Of a DNA stretch of 64,000 nt, positions 57,970 to 64,000 are shown piece after piece. The stretch is from Candidatus Omnitrophota bacterium (lineage in GTDB: Bacteria > Omnitrophota > Gorgyraeia > 2-01-FULL-45-10). The stretch is from assembly GCA_041650935.1 (NCBI GenBank), contig JBAZKH010000001.1, positions 73,243-137,242 on the forward strand, written 5' to 3'. Each line of letters begins with the position of its first letter. The stretch's first letter is position 1. The position numbers and the translations under genes were made by a program. A model generated the notes under the pieces. The model was given only the letters and a program-made list of their open reading frames with translations. It was not told the DNA's origin and ran no database searches.

Positions 57970-57979
57970 TGCTATAATG
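57970..57979 (+). promoter_or_regulatory. Extended -10 element TGcTATAAT upstream of rubredoxin
   Basis: TGCTATAAT lies 23 nt upstream of RBS AGAGGAG. Confidence 0.35.
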
Positions 57980-58001
57980 TCCGCTAAAAGAGGAGAAAAA
58001 T

Positions 58002-58160
58002 ATGGATAAGTATAAGTGTTTAGTTTGTGGATATATTTACGATCCGGCAAAAGGGGATCCGGATAACGGTGTGCCGGCAGGGACGAGTTTTGACAAGATA
58101 CCCGATGACTGGGTATGCCCGGAGTGCGGCGCTCCGAAGAGTGAGTTCGAAAAAGTGTGA
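58002..58160 (+). CDS. Rubredoxin
   Basis: 52 aa with CLVCGYIY...[10 protein letters not shown], the two CxxCG knuckles. Below the ORF-track length cutoff. RBS AGAGGAG. Confidence 0.8.
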   Translation: MDKYKCLVCGYIYDPAKGDPDNGVPAGTSFDKIPDDWVCPECGAPKSEFEKV

Positions 58161-58249
58161 AGCGGTCCCTCGGCGCGGCCTATAATTAGATAGTAGCCTT
58201 GCCCGGGACGGTTTGTAGAAGTAAAACTACAACAAATCGGAGGTAAAAA
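58161..58249 (+). promoter_or_regulatory. Divergent single copy of the same leader module upstream of porD
   Basis: GGTCCC-tc-GGCGCGG...CCTTGCC-c-GGGAC (degenerate inner stem), then GTTTGTAG...CTACAACAAATC, then GGAGG, then ATG 58250. It shares the GTCCCTCGG and ACAAATCGGAGG ends with the other copies. Confidence 0.45.
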
Positions 58250-58438
58250 ATGAAGGCAAAAATTGACGCAGATACATGCATTGGTTGCGGGCTTTGTGTG
58301 ACTACGTGCCCCGAGGTTTACAAGATGCAAGACGATAAAGCGGTTGTTTATGCAAGCGTCGCTCCTAATGGGTCGGAGGAGAGTTGTCAAAAGGCTGCAG
58401 ATGAATGCCCCGTGACGGCAATAACCGTAACCAGGTAA
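58250..58438 (+). CDS. porD: 4Fe-4S ferredoxin (PFOR delta subunit-like)
   Basis: CIGCGLCVTTCP ... CQKAADECP; immediately upstream of porGA. Preceded by a divergent structured leader copy plus GGAGG. Confidence 0.7.
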   Translation: MKAKIDADTCIGCGLCVTTCPEVYKMQDDKAVVYASVAPNGSEESCQKAADECPVTAITVTR

Positions 58439-58492
58439 AGCGCGAACCCCGCACCTTCTAGATAGGGTGCAGGGGCGGGAAGAAGGTGCGGT

Positions 58493-60166
58493 GTGGCGGA
58501 TTTTTCTGTCCTTATAGGAGGTAAAGCCGGTTTCGGCATAGACAGGGCCGGCTTCGCCATTGCGAATATTTTGAATCAGATGGGATATTGCTTGTATATC
58601 TATCGCGATTACCCGTCGATCATACGCGGCGGCCATACTTTTTCGCTTGTAAGGGCGGCGGCGCGCAAGATCGCGGCCCATAAGGATAGGATCGACACCC
58701 TGATCGCATTGAACCAGGATGCGTTCAGTCTGCATAAAGATAAGCTGACGCGGGACGCGGTGGTGATCTATGACTCGGATTCGGTAAATATAGAAAACGC
58801 GCCGCCGGCTAGCAAGACCGCCGGCCTGCCGATCACGAAGATCCTGAAGGAAGAGAATGCCCCCGAGATAATGCGCAATTCTTGTGTGATCGGCGCCTTC
58901 TGTAAGGCGGCAGGGATTTCGCCGGAGATCCTCGAAGGAGAATTCAGGAAGGATTTTCCGGAGGGGCTGGATCTTAACCTCAAGGTTGCGCGCCGGGGAT
59001 ATGATGCTGTTTCGGAAATTTATAAGATTAAAGCCGCGGGCCGGAAGCGGCTTCCTATTTTTACCGGGAACGAAGCCACGGCCCTGGGCCTTGTAAAGGG
59101 CGGTCTCGAGACCTATATCTCTTATCCTATGACGCCGAGTTCGCCCATACTTCATTATTTGGCCGCGCTCGCGGATGAATTTTCACTGAAAGTGATCCAT
59201 CCCGAGAGCGAGATATCGGTTATGTTGATGGCGCTTGGCGCAGCTTACTGCGGCGAGAAAGCCGCCGTCGGCACATCGGGCGGCGGGTTTTGTCTCATGA
59301 CGGAGGGATTAAGTTTTTCGGCTATGGCGGAACTGCCGGCTGTCATCGTCCTTGGCCAGAGGCCCGGACCGTCTACGGGACTTCCTACATATAGCGCTCA
59401 GACGGAGCTCCATTTTGCGCTCAATGCCGGCCAGGGGGAATTCCCCAGACTTGTAATAGCGCCGGGCGATGCGGAAGAGGCGTATTATATGGCACAGGTT
59501 GCTCTCAATATCGCGTGGAAGTGCCAGGTGCCGGCAATAATACTCACCGACAAAAACCTCGGAGAAGGCGTTTACAGTTTCGATAGCGGGCTTATCCCTG
59601 ATATTAAGGAAGACCGCCCTATCCTGTGGGACAGGAAATCGCCGTACAAACGATACAGCTATGCTGAAAATGGGGTTTCGCCGCTGGCCTTTGCTCCCGC
59701 CAAAGACAACGTCATTAAGATAAATAGCTATGAACACGATGAATTGGGATTGACCACAGAAGACCCGGCCGAAACAGAGAAGATGCAGGCCAAGCGCCTG
59801 AGTAAAGAGAAATATTTGCGCGCGGAATGCGCCCGTTATGAAACCGTCAAGACGTACGGGAATAAAAGCGCACGGACGGCCGTCATTTGCTGGGGTTCCA
59901 ATAAAGGCGCGGCAGTCGAAGCGGCGGAAGAATTGGATTTAAAGGTGGTTCAGCCGCTCTGTCTTTCGCCGTTCCCGGTTTCTCAGGTTGCGGAAGCGAT
60001 TGCCGGTGCCGAGAAATTAATAGCCGTGGAATCGAACGCGACGGGGCAACTCGTCAGGCTCATGAATCTGCACGGACTGAGTGTCCATAAAACCATATTG
60101 AAATATGACGGAAGGCCGTTTTCTGTAGAAGAACTGGTTTCGGAATTACGGAAGGCGATGAAATGA
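58493..60166 (+). CDS. porA: Pyruvate/2-oxoacid:ferredoxin oxidoreductase, gamma-alpha fusion
   Basis: N-terminal VLIGGKAGFGIDRAGFAIANIL (gamma), then FTGNEATALGLVKGGLETYISYPMTPSSPILHYLA (alpha). Confidence 0.8.
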   Translation: MADFSVLIGGKAGFGIDRAGFAIANILNQMGYCLYIYRDYPSIIRGGHTFSLVRAAARKIAAHKDRIDTLIALNQDAFSLHKDKLTRDAVVIYDSDSVNIENAPPASKTAGLPITKILKEENAPEIMRNSCVIGAFCKAAGISPEILEGEFRKDFPEGLDLNLKVARRGYDAVSEIYKIKAAGRKRLPIFTGNEATALGLVKGGLETYISYPMTPSSPILHYLAALADEFSLKVIHPESEISVMLMALGAAYCGEKAAVGTSGGGFCLMTEGLSFSAMAELPAVIVLGQRPGPSTGLPTYSAQTELHFALNAGQGEFPRLVIAPGDAEEAYYMAQVALNIAWKCQVPAIILTDKNLGEGVYSFDSGLIPDIKEDRPILWDRKSPYKRYSYAENGVSPLAFAPAKDNVIKINSYEHDELGLTTEDPAETEKMQAKRLSKEKYLRAECARYETVKTYGNKSARTAVICWGSNKGAAVEAAEELDLKVVQPLCLSPFPVSQVAEAIAGAEKLIAVESNATGQLVRLMNLHGLSVHKTILKYDGRPFSVEELVSELRKAMK

Positions 60167-61008
60167 AGGAGCTAAATACGACCGCAGTTAACACGTGGTG
60201 CCCGGGCTGCGGGAACTTCGCCATCCTTACCGCTATGAAATCGGTGTTGAACTCTCTTGCCGGCGAAGGTCTCGGGCTCGAAAATGTCGTTCTCGTTTCC
60301 GGTATAGGCTGCCACGCGAAGATAGTCGATTATATCAACGTGAACAGTTTCTACTCGTTACACGGCCGGGTATTCCCTCCCGCCACCGCGATCAAAGTTG
60401 CAAGACCTGGGCTTAAGGTCATCGGCCATGCCGGCGACGGAGATGCGTATGGCGAGGGGATAGAGCATCTCGTATTTGCCGCGAAAAGGAATGTCGATAT
60501 AACGGCAATAATCCACAATAACCGCGTCTACGGCCTTACCACGGGGCAATATACGCCGACATCTCCGCTTGGATACAAAGGCCGCTCCACCCCGTCGGGC
60601 ACAAAAGAGCGGCCGATAAATCCACTCGATCTTATGCTTTCAAGCGGCGCGACTTTTTTGGCGCGCGGGACATCTCACGGGCTTGAACTATTGAAAAAGA
60701 TATTTAAAGAAGCTATTTTACATAAAGGTTTTTCATTGGTCGACGTTCTGCAGGTTTGTGTTACCTATTACAATATGTATGAATATTACGATAAGCGTGT
60801 TTATGAACTGAAGGACCACGACCCTTTCGACTATGACCGGGCGGCGAAGAAGATAAGGGAATGGGACTATGATAAAGACGCTCCGATCGCCCTCGGTGTA
60901 TTTTATAAGAAAGCCGCGCCGACCTTCGAAGAAGGATTTGTTAAGACAGGATTGAGTGAAATTGAAAGACGGGAGAAGCTGAAAGCATTGATGCAAGGGG
61001 CGGAGTAA
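60163..61008 (+). CDS. porB: Pyruvate/2-oxoacid:ferredoxin oxidoreductase beta (TPP-binding) subunit
   Basis: WCPGCGNFAIL...GIGCH...GDGDAYGEGIEH. Confidence 0.85.
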   Translation: MKELNTTAVNTWCPGCGNFAILTAMKSVLNSLAGEGLGLENVVLVSGIGCHAKIVDYINVNSFYSLHGRVFPPATAIKVARPGLKVIGHAGDGDAYGEGIEHLVFAAKRNVDITAIIHNNRVYGLTTGQYTPTSPLGYKGRSTPSGTKERPINPLDLMLSSGATFLARGTSHGLELLKKIFKEAILHKGFSLVDVLQVCVTYYNMYEYYDKRVYELKDHDPFDYDRAAKKIREWDYDKDAPIALGVFYKKAAPTFEEGFVKTGLSEIERREKLKALMQGAE

Positions 61009-61081
61009 TTTTAAAGATTGGGATTTGGAAATTAATTTGTCATTTGGATTTTGACGTTAAAGTTGGGCCTTAAGTGAGTAA

Positions 61082-61600
61082 ATGATGGATCCTAATGTCC
61101 TGCACAATTTAAGTTACGGAATGTACATAGTTTCGTCGAATAAACTCGAACGCTTAAACGGCCAGATCGCGAACACCGTCTTCCAGATAACGAACGAGCC
61201 GGTGACTATCGCTATAAGCATAAATAAGAACAACCTGACGCACGAATTCATCGAGACTAGCCGCCAGTTTGCGGTATCGGTCCTAAGCGAGGAAGCGCCG
61301 CTTACGTTCATCGGTAAATTCGGGTTTAAAACAGGTAAGACGGAAGACAAGTTCAAAGACGTAAATTTTAAAAAACTTCCTTCCGGATGCCCTGTGGTAC
61401 TGGATTATTCCATATGTTATGTCGAAGCAAAAGTGGCGGGCAAATTCGATTGCGGGACGCATACCGTCTTCCTGGGCCAGATGACGGCTTCGGAGATGGT
61501 AAAACCGGGGAAACCCATGACGTATGAATATTACCATTTAGTCAAGAAAGGAACGACGCCGCGCCGAGCGCCGACATTTATAAAAGGAGAGAAAAGATGA
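61082..61600 (+). CDS. Flavin reductase-like (flavoredoxin) domain protein
   Basis: ~170 aa; YGMYIVSS...ANTVFQITNEPVTIAISI matches the flavin reductase-like FMN-binding split barrel. Confidence 0.6.
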   Translation: MMDPNVLHNLSYGMYIVSSNKLERLNGQIANTVFQITNEPVTIAISINKNNLTHEFIETSRQFAVSVLSEEAPLTFIGKFGFKTGKTEDKFKDVNFKKLPSGCPVVLDYSICYVEAKVAGKFDCGTHTVFLGQMTASEMVKPGKPMTYEYYHLVKKGTTPRRAPTFIKGEKR

Positions 61601-62784
61601 AGCCGCTTGAGATTAAAAAAGGGATATATTCCGTCGGAGTAGTCGATTGGAACATCAGGAACTTCCATGGGCACACTTATTCTACGCAAAGAGGGTCGAC
61701 TTATAACTCTTATCTTATTGTTGACGAGAAGATCGCCATAATTGACACCGTACTTGGTTCTTTCGCGAAAGAATTTATAGAAAGAATAAGAGAGGTCATC
61801 CCCCCGGAGCGGATAGATTACGTCATCGCGAACCACGTAGAGACGGACCACTCCGGCGCGATGCCGGCGCTTATGAAGCTTTGCCCGAAGGCGAAGGTCT
61901 ACGGTACCCAGAAATGCAAGGAAGGCCTTTACAGGAACTACTATGAGAATTGGGATTTTAATATAGTGCGGACGGGGGATAGATTGAAACTGGGAAAAAG
62001 GACTCTCTCGTTTGTCGAGGCGCCGATGATACACTGGCCGGACAGCATGTTCACATACTGTCCCGAAGAGGAACTCCTTATGCCTAACGACGCGTTCGGC
62101 CAGCATCTTGCTACGAACGAGCGTTTCGACGACGAAGTGGACCAGTGCGCCCTTATGGACGAGGCCGCCAAATATTACGGTAATATACTCTGGCCTTTAA
62201 GCTCGCTCATCCTGAAGAAGATAGAAGAAGTGCAGCGGATGAATATATCCATAAAGATGATCGCGCCGAGCCACGGCATCGTCTGGCGCAAGGATCCGAT
62301 GAAGATAGTAAATTCGTATGTCAGATGGGCGCGGAACGAGACTAAAACCAGGGTGGTTATCGTTTATGAGACTATGTGGAACTCGACCGAAAAGATGGCC
62401 AGGCGGATAGCCGAAGCTTTGACGGATTCCAATATCGACGTGAAACTCTTCGATATCGCGCAGTCCGATAGCACGGAGGTCATCAAGGAAATGCTGGATG
62501 CTAAAGGTTTTATAATAGGCTCATCTACGCATGATAACGATATGCTTACGACGATTGCAGGGTTCATGGAATTCCTGAAAGGGCTGAAGCCAAAAAACAG
62601 GCGCGCCGCGGCGTTCGGTTCATACGGATGGTCGGGCGGCGCGGTTGCGTCTATCGAGAAGGTGCTTAAAGAAGGAGGCATAGAAGTCGTTCAACCCGGT
62701 ATCGGTGTTAAATTTGTTCCGGACGGGGATGATTTAGATAAGATTTATCAGTTCGGGAAAGATTTTGGGGATAAGCTAAAGTAA
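61597..62784 (+). CDS. fprA: Flavodiiron protein (FprA; metallo-beta-lactamase + flavodoxin domains)
   Basis: HVETDHSGA diiron motif; C-terminal flavodoxin VVIVYETMWNSTEKMA...IGSSTHDNDM. Confidence 0.85.
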   Translation: MKPLEIKKGIYSVGVVDWNIRNFHGHTYSTQRGSTYNSYLIVDEKIAIIDTVLGSFAKEFIERIREVIPPERIDYVIANHVETDHSGAMPALMKLCPKAKVYGTQKCKEGLYRNYYENWDFNIVRTGDRLKLGKRTLSFVEAPMIHWPDSMFTYCPEEELLMPNDAFGQHLATNERFDDEVDQCALMDEAAKYYGNILWPLSSLILKKIEEVQRMNISIKMIAPSHGIVWRKDPMKIVNSYVRWARNETKTRVVIVYETMWNSTEKMARRIAEALTDSNIDVKLFDIAQSDSTEVIKEMLDAKGFIIGSSTHDNDMLTTIAGFMEFLKGLKPKNRRAAAFGSYGWSGGAVASIEKVLKEGGIEVVQPGIGVKFVPDGDDLDKIYQFGKDFGDKLK

Positions 62785-62839
62785 CCGTGGTATAATAAGG
62801 CAGATAGCGGAGTAAATAGTTTTGAAAAAAGGAGGGGCT

Positions 62840-63253
62840 ATGGCGGAAGCGAATGCTGCTATGGAGTTGAAAAGTCTCTTCCAGAGCGCCGACTGGAAGA
62901 AGGAAAAACATGTGCCTGTGATCGATGCGCCGGATAGCGCTAAGAAGGGCGAGTTTTTTAAGATATCCGTCTGTGTCGGCAAAGATATCCCGCACCCCAA
63001 CGCAACCGCTCATCACATAAGATGGATTGCGGTATTTTTCCTGCCCGAGGGAGAAAAAATCCCTTATCAGATAGGCCGGGCGGAATTTACGTCTCACGGC
63101 GAGTCTACGCTGGGCGCGGATACGAGCACCGTCTTCACCCATTCCGAGGCTGTGCTATCGATGAAGACGGATAAGCCGGGTACGATTATGGCTTCGTCGT
63201 ATTGCAACATACACGGCTTGTGGCAGGACTCGAAGAGGATAGGTATAAAATAG
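62840..63253 (+). CDS. Superoxide reductase (neelaredoxin/desulfoferrodoxin family)
   Basis: RBS AGGAGG then ATG gives MAEANAA. EKHVPVI and HPNATAHHIRWI...C...H are SOR centre II ligand motifs. Confidence 0.7.
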   Translation: MAEANAAMELKSLFQSADWKKEKHVPVIDAPDSAKKGEFFKISVCVGKDIPHPNATAHHIRWIAVFFLPEGEKIPYQIGRAEFTSHGESTLGADTSTVFTHSEAVLSMKTDKPGTIMASSYCNIHGLWQDSKRIGIK

Positions 63254-63259
63254 GTATCG

Positions 63260-63904
63260 ATGGTATATATAGATTCTATCTTTTTCGACATTGATGGTAC
63301 GCTCATCGACGCCAGAGGCGACATCGTCACGGCGATGAACTACGCTCTCCGGGAGATGGGTTTTCCCGAGAAGCCCTTTGAAGAGATAATTTCGTATGTC
63401 GGCACCGGCGTCACATACCTTATCTCAAAGAGCCTGGGTTCGGACGATGACAGCCTCGTCGCAAAAGGTGTCGAGCTATACGCCGGTTATTACGTGGCCC
63501 ATCCGGCGGACAAAGCGAGTCTCTTCCCGCATGCCAGGGAGATCCTGGAACATTTCAAGAAGAAGCGAAAGATCATACTCACAAACCGCTACACAAACTT
63601 CGCCGAACCTGTCCTCAACGCGCTTGGCATCAGGGGCTACTTTGAAGATATAGTGGGCGGAGACGACGAGAACTGCCTTAAGCCTTCCGCCTGCGTTCTG
63701 GACCCAATAGTTTCAAAATTACATATCGATAGATCGAAATCGCTTATAGTCGGCGATATGGCTATAGATATAATGACAGGAAAGAATTCCGGGATAAAGA
63801 CCTGTTGGGTCAGGCACGGACTTGGAAAGGCTGAAGATGTCCAGCCGTTGAAGCCGGATTTTGTAATAAGCGATCTTATGGAGTTAATAAATATAATACG
63901 GTAG
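63260..63904 (+). CDS. HAD-superfamily hydrolase (phosphoglycolate phosphatase-like)
   Basis: FFDIDGTLID (motif I), ILTNR (motif II), VGDMAIDIMTGKNSG (motif IV). Confidence 0.7.
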   Translation: MVYIDSIFFDIDGTLIDARGDIVTAMNYALREMGFPEKPFEEIISYVGTGVTYLISKSLGSDDDSLVAKGVELYAGYYVAHPADKASLFPHAREILEHFKKKRKIILTNRYTNFAEPVLNALGIRGYFEDIVGGDDENCLKPSACVLDPIVSKLHIDRSKSLIVGDMAIDIMTGKNSGIKTCWVRHGLGKAEDVQPLKPDFVISDLMELINIIR

Positions 63905-63920
63905 TTGCAAGTAACGGATA

Positions 63921-63953
63921 GGGCAGGTTTAAACCTGCCCTGCAATAGCTTTT
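63921..63953 (+). terminator. Terminator-like palindrome after the HAD hydrolase gene
   Basis: Perfect palindrome GGGCAGGTTTAAACCTGCCC followed by TGCAATAGCTTTT. Confidence 0.45.
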
Positions 63954-63967
63954 AATCGGAGGTGTAT

Positions 63968-64000
63968 ATGGCCAAAACCGTAACGGTATACAGCACGCCG
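63968..64000 (+). CDS. Glutaredoxin/thioredoxin-fold protein, 5' fragment (runs off the window)
   Basis: RBS GGAGGTG then MAKTVTVYSTP, the typical glutaredoxin/NrdH start preceding CPxC. Confidence 0.3.
   Translation, partial: MAKTVTVYSTP

Noticed and set aside
58037-59155. 372-aa minus-strand ORF
   Set aside because: It is antisense to rubredoxin, porD and porGA, which carry unmistakable motifs; the reading frame is Arg/Pro-rich and uninformative.

Overview
This 64-kb window is almost entirely co-directional: about 60 genes on the + strand, and the long minus-strand ORFs are shadow frames. I could not assign a genus. The content (pyruvate:ferredoxin oxidoreductase, rubredoxin, superoxide reductase, flavodiiron protein, class II ribonucleotide reductase) suggests an anaerobic, possibly uncultivated bacterium.

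Positions 1-47,000 are one very large surface-glycan biosynthesis and modification island. It contains at least 17 glycosyltransferases (GT2, GT4, GT9, GT28-like and GT-C-like families), five SDR sugar epimerase/dehydratases, WecB, a WecA/MraY-family initiating transferase, a Wzy/ligase-like protein, GmhB, two tandem cytidylyltransferases next to a pyruvate-aldolase-like gene, three class I SAM methyltransferases, an AsnB-type amidotransferase, a carbamoyltransferase and three paralogous B12-binding radical-SAM enzymes. One GT2 + unknown C-terminal domain architecture is present in four paralogous copies, and there is one GT4-DUF218 fusion.

Positions 46,400-64,000 carry housekeeping and redox genes: UDG, priA, fmt, two galT-like paralogs, gap, an azoreductase-like gene, nrdJ, rubredoxin, porDGAB, a flavin-reductase-like gene, FDP, SOR, an HAD hydrolase and the start of a glutaredoxin-like gene.

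The most unusual non-coding signal is a conserved structured RNA module. It consists of a bipartite hairpin GTCCC-tc-stem-loop-stem-tc-GGGAC with GGA-containing loops, followed by a GATTTG...CAAATC hairpin and then the Shine-Dalgarno sequence. It occurs six times, always immediately upstream of + strand genes: three tandem 107-nt units at 37.6 kb, two units at 23.7 kb and one divergent copy at 58.2 kb. The copies show clear compensatory base changes.

The window also contains a second AT-rich inverted-repeat element family (34.7 kb and 52.1 kb), a 680-bp non-coding island with perfect hairpins at 49.1-49.8 kb, and a galT-like paralog that has lost the nucleophilic histidine.
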